This document shows positions 35,370 to 44,277 of a stretch of 64,000 nt of DNA, piece after piece. Within the stretch, counting starts at the first letter, position 1. Each line of letters starts with the position of its first letter. A program made the position numbers and the translations under genes. The DNA comes from Gammaproteobacteria bacterium (GTDB taxonomy: Bacteria; Pseudomonadota; Gammaproteobacteria; Pseudomonadales; Azotimanducaceae). The DNA lies in NCBI GenBank assembly GCA_031385325.1, contig JANNBJ010000123.1, positions 6,771 to 70,770 on the forward strand, in the 5' to 3' direction. The notes beneath the pieces are model-generated. The model did no database searches, was not told where the DNA came from, and worked only from the letters and a program-made list of their open reading frames with translations.

Positions 35370-36324
35370 ACCGGCTGTTCATATCGCCAGCGACGCGGGC
35401 AAACGTCGACAACTCTGTTGTGACAAGTGCGTCTCGCCATCGATCATCAAGCACCACTCGGTTGTCGGTATCCAGTCGCATACCGTTACCGATGACGTGG
35501 TGCGGCAGTGATCGAAAATTCGCGAGGCTGGAAACCGGAGTCAAACCCAGCCGGGAAAATATGTGATTCACGGTGTCGACCGGAGCTTTGCAGAGGTCTT
35601 CGTAGTGAACGTGTATGACCTGCACTCCGGGAAGTTGCTGTAACAATGCTTCAGCTTCTTCATTGCTGCGACGCCACTCGCGAGCCGCCTCCTCCATGCT
35701 CAGTCGCGTATCCCGATTGACACCAGTACCACCGCCGCGGAGTTTTGCGTCGCGAGCGTCAGCAAACTCATCAGGTCGCATGTAGGTCAGTGCAACAGCC
35801 CGTCCATCGCGAATGAGTCGGACAACGGTGAGATCAAGATCCTCGCACTGCGCCAGATATTTCAGCCGTAAACCGACCTTGGAACTCTCTACCACTACGT
35901 TGGCACCGGCAACCTCGGCAACACAGTGCACAAGATCGACCGACCGACGGAGCATTCTGGGGAGCCCACGACGCCATACCGGTGACAAAGAAAGTGCAAC
36001 GCCGCGTATTCGTTCAGTTCCCGCATCACGTACCAGTGGTCGAAGCAATCGCTTGACCCACACGCTATCCATACTGCCAAAGTGAGTTTGAGCGTCAGTG
36101 ATGGAAAATTCGTGACCACGAGCATGCATGTGATCAGCTACAGTTCGCCAGAACGAGCACTCCTTGAGTAGTTCATGGCATGAACAACGATAGCGATCGG
36201 GATCGCCGAGGTGTTCTGCCTTCAGTTCCCCTGCAGTGACAACACCGGGATGAGCATTGAGCAGCATGGACAGCAACGTTGAACCAGAGTGACTTGCCGC
36301 CAACACGTACAAGAGCCGAGTCAT
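35356..36324 (-). CDS. Sulfotransferase family protein
   Basis: N-terminal PAPS-loop-like LAASHSGSTLLSMLLNAHP and later VVESSKVGLRLKYL...VVRLIRDGRAVALT, typical of bacterial sulfotransferase-family proteins. The ATG at 36324 lies 1 nt after the upstream stop codon. Confidence 0.7.
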   Translation of the reverse strand: MTRLLYVLAASHSGSTLLSMLLNAHPGVVTAGELKAEHLGDPDRYRCSCHELLKECSFWRTVADHMHARGHEFSITDAQTHFGSMDSVWVKRLLRPLVRDAGTERIRGVALSLSPVWRRGLPRMLRRSVDLVHCVAEVAGANVVVESSKVGLRLKYLAQCEDLDLTVVRLIRDGRAVALTYMRPDEFADARDAKLRGGGTGVNRDTRLSMEEAAREWRRSNEEAEALLQQLPGVQVIHVHYEDLCKAPVDTVNHIFSRLGLTPVSSLANFRSLPHHVIGNGMRLDTDNRVVLDDRWRDALVTTELSTFARVAGDMNSRYGYQ

Positions 36325-36325
36325 G

Positions 36326-37732
36326 TCAGCTTGCACCTGATCCCTTCAGAACAACCGGAATCACTCGTAACATGATCTGGAAGTCGAGCGCCAGCGACCA
36401 GGTGTCGATGTACTGGAGATCCAGTTCCAGCCAACGATCAAAGGTCAGCTTGCTGCGTCCGGAAACTTCACGCAAACAGACGATGCCCGGCCGTACACTG
36501 AACCGCTTGCGTTGTATTCCCTTGTCAAAGAGATCGACATCGCGAACCGACATGGCTCTGGGTCCAACCAACGACATGTCGCCAGTGAATACATTGATCA
36601 ACTGCGGAATTTCATCGAGACTGGTCTTGCGGATGAACTTGCCGACTCCAGTTACCCGGGGATCATTGGTCATCTTGAAGATCGGCCCTTCGGCTTCATT
36701 CAGATGTTCTATTTCCTTCAGGCGAGCTTCGGCGTCGGCATACATGCTGCGAAACTTGAGCATCCGGAACCGACGTTTGCGCAAACCAACCCGTTCCTGA
36801 CGAAAGAGAATCGGGCCTGGTGAACTAAATTTCACAGCCACTGCTACACCAACAAAGAGCGGGATGAGGATCGGCAAGGCAATGGATACCAGGACAATGT
36901 CCACGATTCGTTTGACGACCAATTTGTTTTCATCAAGGGACACAGGACTGAAACTGAGCAGCGGCACCTTGTCCTGATATTCCAGACGTACTTCGGCTTC
37001 GATGTCATAGAAATCAGCGAGGATCTTCAGTTCTATTCCCTGCTCGGAACATATTTCCACCATCAGACCAATGTCATTGAGGCGCGATCTGGGTAATGCG
37101 ACGACGAGCTCATCCACGACCTGGTTAGATACGATCTCTTCCAGATCATCAAGAGTGCCGATCACCTTTGATCCATCGCAAGCTTGACCAACCTTGGCAG
37201 GATCAGGATCGACACAACCAATCACTTCCATGCCCCATTCAGCGTTTGGCATGATTTGCTTGAGATAGAACTCCGCACGGGGTCCGGAACCCACGACCAG
37301 GACTTTGGTGTAGTTGTCCCGCTTTTCGACCCGTACCGTAAAGTACCACCAGCGTAAAAACAGGCGAACAAACGCAAGCGCTGCCATGTTCGACGTCATC
37401 GCCACAAGCAGCACACTACGGCTGACGAGATCCAGCTTGAACAGGAATACAACTGTAATCAGCATCCCGAAGAGCAGCAGGTTGTAACGCAACATCTCCA
37501 GCAGAATGCGTGTCACCGTCTGGCCGGCAATGGTCGGCTTTGCCCATGTTGAAAGCGGTGCAGCCAGGAAAGGCAGCACCAGGAGGAGCATCACATGGAC
37601 TTCCCATGACTCTGGGCTAACCCGGCCGAGGAAATAGGCTGCTGCGCAAATCGTGGCGTACACGGCTGCAGTAGTCGTTGTATCGAGTACGACCAGCAGT
37701 TTACGCAGCAGCTTCGATTTGGAAACGGTCAT
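36326..37732 (-). CDS. Polyprenyl-phosphate sugar-phosphate transferase (second priming enzyme, WbaP/EPS type)
   Basis: LKFRSM and SLDEIPQLINVFTGDMSLVGPRA catalytic motifs, an N-terminal TM bundle and the VLVVGSGPRA linker domain. Confidence 0.9.
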   Translation of the reverse strand: MTVSKSKLLRKLLVVLDTTTTAAVYATICAAAYFLGRVSPESWEVHVMLLLVLPFLAAPLSTWAKPTIAGQTVTRILLEMLRYNLLLFGMLITVVFLFKLDLVSRSVLLVAMTSNMAALAFVRLFLRWWYFTVRVEKRDNYTKVLVVGSGPRAEFYLKQIMPNAEWGMEVIGCVDPDPAKVGQACDGSKVIGTLDDLEEIVSNQVVDELVVALPRSRLNDIGLMVEICSEQGIELKILADFYDIEAEVRLEYQDKVPLLSFSPVSLDENKLVVKRIVDIVLVSIALPILIPLFVGVAVAVKFSSPGPILFRQERVGLRKRRFRMLKFRSMYADAEARLKEIEHLNEAEGPIFKMTNDPRVTGVGKFIRKTSLDEIPQLINVFTGDMSLVGPRAMSVRDVDLFDKGIQRKRFSVRPGIVCLREVSGRSKLTFDRWLELDLQYIDTWSLALDFQIMLRVIPVVLKGSGAS

Positions 37733-37744
37733 GGTCAGTCTCGG

Positions 37745-39331
37745 TTACTTGAGCAAACCATGGACGAGGTTAGCACCAGATTCCATGCCTAGAATGACAA
37801 CAACCATAACAACCAGGTATCCACTGGTGCCGGCGATGAACCTGCGCAGATCTGTACTTCGCCTGGTGGTCACCTCAGGCGTGACGAACATCGAGATGCT
37901 GCCGGCCACAGGGATTTGCATGCGAGCGAGTTGCCCCTCAGTCGAAAATGCAGGATTGATCTGATCGAGAACGAAAGCCAGAACGACAGCAACTCCAATG
38001 GATAACAGGAGCACGGCAACCAACAGCAACATTCGTGGTGGAGATACGGGATTCAGCTCCGCCTCCGGTGGCTCGATAACATTGAAGCTGACGACATCCT
38101 GCTCTTCTCCTACCCGGCCGATTCTTTCTTTCTCAGCCTGCATCAGGACCTGATCATACAAGCCGCGCCATTTGTCATAGTCACGTGTGAGTTCCAGATA
38201 GTGACGCTCGATTTCAGGTGCTGAGCTCAGCCGCGTTTCGTATTCCTGAACGGTTTTGCGTGCATCGCCAAGTTGGCTCTCCAGCTCGGTGATCGCCAGA
38301 TTGGACTGCCCGAGTTGCAACTGGATCTGCATATAGACAGGGTTGGTGGCACTGCGTGCTCCATCCACACCGCCCTCCGCTATGCCAGCTGCCAGTTCCT
38401 TGGCCAGCTGCTCCCGGAGAATCACGAGTTGCTGATCAATGCCTGCGACATCGGGATGTTCCGCCGTAAACGTCAGCAACAATTGCGCTCTTTGGGTTTC
38501 CAGCTGGCTGATCACCCCACGAGTTTTGGCACCCGGAATCAACGAAGCGGCTTCCGACTGTTGTTGCATGCCCGTGGGTGGGGCATACGGGTCAACTTTT
38601 GAGAGTTGTCGTCTCAGCTCCTCTCGCTTGTCGACTTCTACTCGTCGAGCCCGTTCGATCCGGCTGACTTCGCTGCGTGCAGTCTGCAGACGTTCAAATG
38701 TGCCGCCATCGGTGCCTGAAACAACAAATCCAGGATTGCTGCGCTTGAACTCCTCCAGTTTGGATTCGGTTTCCGCCAGCAGATCACGATAGTAGTCAAG
38801 CTGGCTCACGAGAAAGCTGCCTGCCCTATCAGTATCTTTTTCCTTGGCCTGCAGGATGTGTTTTTCAAAGCCCTTGAGAATGTTATCGACGACGGCGATA
38901 GCCTGATCGCGGTCGGTGTGGCGATAGGTCACCGTGAACAGATTCTGTGCTTCGTCACCACGACCGGATTCCAGTTCCAGTTCTTCCATCATCTCCAGAA
39001 CGAGTGACTCCCGCTCTTCCTCGGTCCCGGCATCTGCATCGAGACCGACCTCAGAAATAACGCGTTCGATCTGTGGTCGGCCAAGCAACGCCTGACGTAC
39101 CAGAAAGACCCGTGATGAAACGCTCGGTGTCATACCAAGCTGAGAAACGACATCTCGCAGGCGCGAACTGGCATCGATATAGAATCGCGCATTGGCTTCG
39201 TAAACATCAGGCAAAGCGAGTACAGCCAGGCTGCCGAGCATCCCTACTGCCCACATGGCAATCATGCTGGATCGACGAAAACGCCACATCTGATGCAGTA
39301 GATCGATCAGCAGGTAGTAGATGTCCTTCAT
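37745..39331 (-). CDS. Polysaccharide chain-length determinant (Wzz/PCP type, no kinase domain; resembles the PEP-CTERM locus subfamily)
   Basis: N-terminal WRFRRSSMIAMWAVGMLGSLAVLALPDVYEANARFYID, a long coiled-coil periplasmic region and a C-terminal TM segment (MLLLVAVLLLSIGVAVVLAFVL). No Walker A kinase domain is present. Confidence 0.8.
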   Translation of the reverse strand: MKDIYYLLIDLLHQMWRFRRSSMIAMWAVGMLGSLAVLALPDVYEANARFYIDASSRLRDVVSQLGMTPSVSSRVFLVRQALLGRPQIERVISEVGLDADAGTEEERESLVLEMMEELELESGRGDEAQNLFTVTYRHTDRDQAIAVVDNILKGFEKHILQAKEKDTDRAGSFLVSQLDYYRDLLAETESKLEEFKRSNPGFVVSGTDGGTFERLQTARSEVSRIERARRVEVDKREELRRQLSKVDPYAPPTGMQQQSEAASLIPGAKTRGVISQLETQRAQLLLTFTAEHPDVAGIDQQLVILREQLAKELAAGIAEGGVDGARSATNPVYMQIQLQLGQSNLAITELESQLGDARKTVQEYETRLSSAPEIERHYLELTRDYDKWRGLYDQVLMQAEKERIGRVGEEQDVVSFNVIEPPEAELNPVSPPRMLLLVAVLLLSIGVAVVLAFVLDQINPAFSTEGQLARMQIPVAGSISMFVTPEVTTRRSTDLRRFIAGTSGYLVVMVVVILGMESGANLVHGLLK

Positions 39332-39395
39332 TAACCCAATCCTCAGGTTGTCATCCGGTGCATCGTGGTGAGTGCAACGGTTTCCTCAATCATCC

Positions 39396-40493
39396 TTAGT
39401 TCAACAATATTTTCGCGATACGCTCGGCCGCTCGGCCATCCCAGAATTTCGGTGTCGAGGACACCCTATGCTCTGCATGTGGGTGATTCTTGAAGGCGTG
39501 CCAGATGGCGTCGGGATTCGTCCCTGCGAGGACGTTGGTACCGTGTGTAACCGTCACCGGCCGTTCGGTGTTGTCTCGCATGGTGACGCAAGGTACACCC
39601 AGAATGGTGGTCTCTTCCTGCACACCACCACTATCCGTCAGCACCATTCGGGCGTTGGCCGTGCAGCAGATGAAGTCCAGATACCCGAGTGGTTCCACCA
39701 ACATTATGTTGCCGCGCGCCAGTACAGCGTTGAGTCCGGTCTGCTCAAGTTGGCTCTTGGTGCGTGGATGCAATGGCCAAAGCAGTGGCAACTCCTGACT
39801 GATTTTGAGCAGGAGAGCGACCATGGCACGTAGTCCACAAGCATCATCGACGTTGCTCGGACGATGCAGGGTCACAACGCCGTAGCCCTTGTCGACCAGA
39901 CCGAGTCGACGAGGGGTTCCACGCAACACCGCAGCATCTCTATGCTTGAGCAGGGTATCGATCATGACGTTGCCGACGAAGTGAATCCTGCGATCCTCGA
40001 TTCCCTCGCGAAGCAGGTTATCGCGAGCACCCTCTTCCGTCGTAAACAACCAATCCGAGATCTGATCGGTAAGAATTCGATTGATTTCTTCCGGCATGGA
40101 GCGATCAAAACTTCGCAAGCCGGCTTCCACGTGCACGATCGGAATGCCCATTTTCGCCGCATCAAGTGCGCAGGCAATCGTCGAGTTCACGTCGCCAACG
40201 ACGAGCATCAGATCCGGTTGTTGCGCTTTCAGCACTTCTTCAAAGGCAATCATCACCCGACCGGTTTGAGCACCGTGGGATCCGGAGCCGACATTGAGAT
40301 TGATATCCGGTTTGGGCAGCCCAAGCTCATCGAACAAAAGCTTGGAAAGCTCGGGTGAATAATGCTGCCCGGTATGGACCAGAATCTGTTCAAGCTCTTT
40401 GCCCTGGATGGCCGCTTCACACGCCATCGACTCAATGAGCGGCGCCACCTTCATCAGGTTTGGCCGCGCTCCGACCACATGCAAGACTTTCAT
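39396..40493 (-). CDS. wecB: UDP-N-acetylglucosamine 2-epimerase (non-hydrolysing)
   Basis: MKVLHVVGARPNLMKVAPL, HVEAGLRSFDRSMPEEINR and TDSGGVQEE motifs. Trimmed to the ATG at 40493. Confidence 0.95.
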   Translation of the reverse strand: MKVLHVVGARPNLMKVAPLIESMACEAAIQGKELEQILVHTGQHYSPELSKLLFDELGLPKPDINLNVGSGSHGAQTGRVMIAFEEVLKAQQPDLMLVVGDVNSTIACALDAAKMGIPIVHVEAGLRSFDRSMPEEINRILTDQISDWLFTTEEGARDNLLREGIEDRRIHFVGNVMIDTLLKHRDAAVLRGTPRRLGLVDKGYGVVTLHRPSNVDDACGLRAMVALLLKISQELPLLWPLHPRTKSQLEQTGLNAVLARGNIMLVEPLGYLDFICCTANARMVLTDSGGVQEETTILGVPCVTMRDNTERPVTVTHGTNVLAGTNPDAIWHAFKNHPHAEHRVSSTPKFWDGRAAERIAKILLN

Positions 40494-40605
40494 TGCGCTC
40501 TTGAAGATCCATTCCACGAGAGCGTCATGGTAGATGACGTGGCTTCAGGTCGGCGTGATGAAGATACGATTCTCTGTATCGATATGGTAAAAAATGTTGT
40601 CTTGT

Positions 40606-41820
40606 TTAGAGACCCAGTACCAATTTTGACATGATGTTTCTTTGAATCTCGTTCGAGCCGGCGTAGATGCTGACCTTGCGCGTATTGAAATAGTCCTGTG
40701 TGACGCCGTTGGATCCAGCGGGCCCAACGGGTTTGAAAGGGTCTTCATCCAGTGGTGTGGACTCATCCTTTACTGCGGCATAAACACCGGCCACTTCCAT
40801 AGCCAGCTCAGTGGCTGCCTGCTGCAGTTCGGTTCCCCTGGTTTTCAGCATCGATGATTCAGGCCCCACGTTTTGACCGTTTGCCAACTGACCGAGGATA
40901 CGAAGTTCGGTGTATTCCATGGACAGCAGTTGAATGCTCACATCGTCAAAACGCGCTTTGAACGAAGGATCGTTGGCATAGGCACCACCGTGGCCATCCG
41001 GAGTTGCAGCGGCCATCGAGTGAATATGCGCCATGGCCCCGTTCAATCCGAGGGAATAGGCGTTGCCTCGTTCAAATTCGAGCAGGTATTTTGCACATGT
41101 CCAACCCTTGCCCTGTTCACCGACGAGTTGGCCTTTCGGAACAACAACGTCAGTAAAATAGACCATGTTGATTTCCTGGAAGCCGGCTTTCGGATCATCC
41201 AGCGTAATGATCGGTCTGACTTCGATACCGGGGGACTTCATGTCGATCAGCAGAAAGCTGATACCAAGTTGCGGTTTCGCTTCCTGGCTGGTTCGCACCA
41301 GACAGAAGATCCAGTCTGCGTATTGAGCCAGGGTCGTCCAGGTCTTCACGCCGTTCACCAGATAATGATCGCCCTTGTCTTCCGCCCTGGTCTTCAGTGA
41401 CGCAAGGTCTGACCCGGAGCCAGGTTCTGAATAACCCTGACACCACCAGACATTGGTCGCGAGAATATCGGGCAAGAATCTTTGTTTTTGCTCTGCCGTG
41501 CCGAACTTCATGATGACCGGCGCGACCATCGTCATGCCAAAAGGGATCACTCCTGGGGCCCCGACGCGGGCGCATTCCAGTTCAAAAATGTAGTTCTGCG
41601 TTGAGGTGAACCCAGCCCCACCGTACTCTTCGGGCCAGTCTCGTGCCGCCCAACCTTTTTCAGCCAGTCTCTTTTGCCACGCGATGCGGTCTGCCTTCGA
41701 CAGTCGCTCAAGAGCACTACGGCGTTGCTTGTTGCGCACAGATTCAGGCCATGCGGTATCGAGCCAGGCGCGAACTTCCGCTTGAAAGCGGCGATCTCCT
41801 TCGGAAAAACTCACGTCCAA
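40606..41820 (-). CDS. Acyl-CoA dehydrogenase
   Basis: 404 aa with CQGYSEPGSGSDLASL, YLVNGVKTWTT and a C-terminal IYAGSNEIQRNI. The start is a TTG at 41820 or a GTG at 41814. Confidence 0.9.
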   Translation of the reverse strand: MDVSFSEGDRRFQAEVRAWLDTAWPESVRNKQRRSALERLSKADRIAWQKRLAEKGWAARDWPEEYGGAGFTSTQNYIFELECARVGAPGVIPFGMTMVAPVIMKFGTAEQKQRFLPDILATNVWWCQGYSEPGSGSDLASLKTRAEDKGDHYLVNGVKTWTTLAQYADWIFCLVRTSQEAKPQLGISFLLIDMKSPGIEVRPIITLDDPKAGFQEINMVYFTDVVVPKGQLVGEQGKGWTCAKYLLEFERGNAYSLGLNGAMAHIHSMAAATPDGHGGAYANDPSFKARFDDVSIQLLSMEYTELRILGQLANGQNVGPESSMLKTRGTELQQAATELAMEVAGVYAAVKDESTPLDEDPFKPVGPAGSNGVTQDYFNTRKVSIYAGSNEIQRNIMSKLVLGL

Positions 41821-41918
41821 CTCTGCTCTCCGGAACTATTGATGACACCGGTAGTTTAACAGCTTGGAGGATCGGGACGAGAGCGTGCACACTGGCGCGG
41901 GGAGGATCAGGGAAACGT

Positions 41919-43226
41919 ATGTCGTCCAATTCAAACGGCCGGTCGGTTGGTGCGGCCTTCAGCCCAGCCTATCGATGGTACGCCTTGTGTTTGTTGGTCA
42001 CGGTTTACGTGTTCAACTTCATCGATCGTTCGATTCTTGGCATTCTGGTTCAGCCAATCAAGACCGACCTCGGGGCCAGCGACACGCTCATGGGGTTTCT
42101 CGGCGGGATTGTCTTTGCGCTCTTTTATACGGTTCTAGGGATTCCGATCGCTCGAATGGCAGACCGCGGCACCCGACGCAATGTCCTGGCGGTTTGTCTC
42201 GCTCTGTGGAGCGGAGCGACGGCGCTGTGTGGTTTTGCACAGAATTTCGTTCAACTGGCGCTCGCCCGAGTGGGTGTTGCCGTGGGAGAAGCGGGTGGCA
42301 GCCCCCCTTCCCACTCCATGATTTCGGACATGTTCCCCCCTGACCAGCGAGCTACGGCGCTGGCGATTTACGCACTCGGCATCCCCATCGGCACCATGCT
42401 GGGCAATCTCGGCGGTGGCTGGATCAACGAAGCCTTTGATTGGCGCACTGCTTTCATGGTGGTCGGATTGCCGGGTGTTGTCCTTGCGATCATTGTCCGA
42501 CTGACACTGCGAGAGCCACCGCGCGGGTTATCGGATGGTTTTGTCGATTCAACGGTCGCGCCACCACCGGTCAAGACGGTGTTCAAGTATCTCTGGTCGT
42601 TACGCAGTTTCAGACTGGTTGCACTGGGCGCAGCAACTCACGCGTTTGTGGGTTATGGCGCGGGTTACTGGATCGCCGCCTTGTTTGCGCGCTCCCATGG
42701 GTACACCACTGGCGAAATGGGAACCGCACTCTTCTATCTGGGCTTTGCGGGAATCGCTGGAACGTTTCTGGGCGGTTATCTGTCTGATCGTCTCGGCCGT
42801 ACCGATCAACGCTGGTATGCCTGGCTGCCCGCCATCGCCATCGTCTGCTCAATTCCATTCGGGGCTGTCTCGTACCTGCACGACGATCCAGAAATCGCAC
42901 TGCTGGCCATGATCCTGCCGAATATTCTCGGTGGTTTTTACCTTGGCCCCAGCTTTGCCGTGACGCAGGGGCTGGTGGGTTTGAGAATGCGGGCGTTGGC
43001 ATCAAGCATTCTGTTGTTTGTCCTGAACCTGATCGGGCTTGGACTGGGGCCTCAAGTTGCTGGCGTTCTCAGTGACGTACTCAATGCAACAACGAGCCTG
43101 GGCACCGACTCATTGCGATGGTCATTGACGATCTGTCTGGTGTTCAACCTGATATCGGCAACGCTGTTTTTCTTCGCCAGCCGCTCCCTTCGAGCCGATC
43201 TGGCCCGAAGCCGAGAACTTGGCTAA
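41919..43226 (+). CDS. MFS transporter (spinster-like subfamily)
   Basis: YRWYALCLLVTVYVFNFIDRSILGILVQPIK and GIPIARMADRGTRR (MFS motif A), with 12 predicted helices. Trimmed from 41643, which overlaps the divergent ACAD, to the ATG at 41919. Confidence 0.85.
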   Translation: MSSNSNGRSVGAAFSPAYRWYALCLLVTVYVFNFIDRSILGILVQPIKTDLGASDTLMGFLGGIVFALFYTVLGIPIARMADRGTRRNVLAVCLALWSGATALCGFAQNFVQLALARVGVAVGEAGGSPPSHSMISDMFPPDQRATALAIYALGIPIGTMLGNLGGGWINEAFDWRTAFMVVGLPGVVLAIIVRLTLREPPRGLSDGFVDSTVAPPPVKTVFKYLWSLRSFRLVALGAATHAFVGYGAGYWIAALFARSHGYTTGEMGTALFYLGFAGIAGTFLGGYLSDRLGRTDQRWYAWLPAIAIVCSIPFGAVSYLHDDPEIALLAMILPNILGGFYLGPSFAVTQGLVGLRMRALASSILLFVLNLIGLGLGPQVAGVLSDVLNATTSLGTDSLRWSLTICLVFNLISATLFFFASRSLRADLARSRELG

Positions 43227-43248
43227 GTGTGGGTCCTGGCTGGATTCG

Positions 43249-44277
43249 CTATGTCGGCCGGATGGAATCACGAGACCCAAGGCCCAACTCAGGCGCCAGC
43301 AACTCGTAAACTCTGCACCGGTCGCGAACGTCGTGGGTTATGGCCACGATAGAGAGTTCCTCCGCACCCGTTGAATCGACCAGGTCGCGCAGGTTTTTCC
43401 CAACCTGGATAACATCACCCACGAACTGACGACGTCTGCGACTCTCGAGCAGTCTCTCCTCTTCATCAGTAAACGATTGATTCCTTGCAGATTCAAGGGA
43501 AGGAAATGGTTGAAAATTCCCCTTCTCCGACCGCACGCGCCACACGTCGATACAACGGCCGAGCAACTGTGCATGCTCGTTAGTGTCAGCGACCAGCGCA
43601 GATACCCCAAGGCCAAGTTTCGGTCGGGCAAGGTACACAGAGGGTCTGAATTCACGTCGATACACTTCCACCGCCTTTTCCATACCGGACTGGCTGATGA
43701 AGTGCGCATAACAAAACGGCAATCCAAAGTGTGCCGCCAACATTGCACCATCGGGGGTCGACCCCAGCACCCAGGTTTCAGGTGCCACGGGAGGCACAGG
43801 CAACGCGCGAACTGGCGCGAGCGCTTCGGTAAAGGGTGGTGTGTCGTTGAGAAATCCGAGCAAGTCTGCCGTGCGAGCAGCGAAATATTCCATGCCAAGC
43901 TTCGAACCGTACGCCAAAGCAGCAGCAGTAAGTCCATCGCTGCCCGGTGCCCGTCCGATTCCCAGGTCGATCCGGTCCGGATATAGCGTCCCCAATACCT
44001 TGAAGACCTCAGCCACCTTGAGAGGGCTGTAGTGCATCAGCATCACACCACCAGAGCCGACTCGAATTCGTGTTGTCCTCGCAGCAATGTGGCTAATGAG
44101 TATTTCTGGAGCACTGCCGGCAAAGGAGTCGGAGCCATGGTGCTCGGCAACCCAGTAACGATGGTACCCAAGCCGCTCGGTAGTCTGCGCCAGCAGTACC
44201 GAGTTCAAAAACGCTTGCGTGGCGTCACCACCCTCGACAATCGGTGACTGGTCAAGGACACCAACCCGCAGCGTCAC
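43249..44277 (-). CDS. LLM-class (luciferase-like) flavin-dependent oxidoreductase
   Basis: LRVGVLDQSPI...LGYHRYWVAEHHGSDSFAGSAPEILISHIAARTTRIRVGSGGVML is typical of the luciferase-family oxidoreductase group. The GTG start overlaps the ACAD stop (GTGA). Confidence 0.9.
   Translation of the reverse strand: MTLRVGVLDQSPIVEGGDATQAFLNSVLLAQTTERLGYHRYWVAEHHGSDSFAGSAPEILISHIAARTTRIRVGSGGVMLMHYSPLKVAEVFKVLGTLYPDRIDLGIGRAPGSDGLTAAALAYGSKLGMEYFAARTADLLGFLNDTPPFTEALAPVRALPVPPVAPETWVLGSTPDGAMLAAHFGLPFCYAHFISQSGMEKAVEVYRREFRPSVYLARPKLGLGVSALVADTNEHAQLLGRCIDVWRVRSEKGNFQPFPSLESARNQSFTDEEERLLESRRRRQFVGDVIQVGKNLRDLVDSTGAEELSIVAITHDVRDRCRVYELLAPELGLGSRDSIRPT

Noticed and set aside
12488-40493. PEP-CTERM sorting signals or an exosortase hidden among the hypotheticals
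   Set aside because: None of the hypothetical proteins ends in a Pro-Glu-Pro / TM helix / Arg-rich tail. The only large polytopic candidates look like a Wzy/O-antigen-ligase type and a MOP flippase. No exosortase can be supported from this window.
14076-40606. Calling the EPS locus a horizontally acquired genomic island
   Set aside because: I saw no flanking tRNA, integrase, transposase or direct repeats. I did not compute GC or codon statistics, so an island claim would be unsupported.
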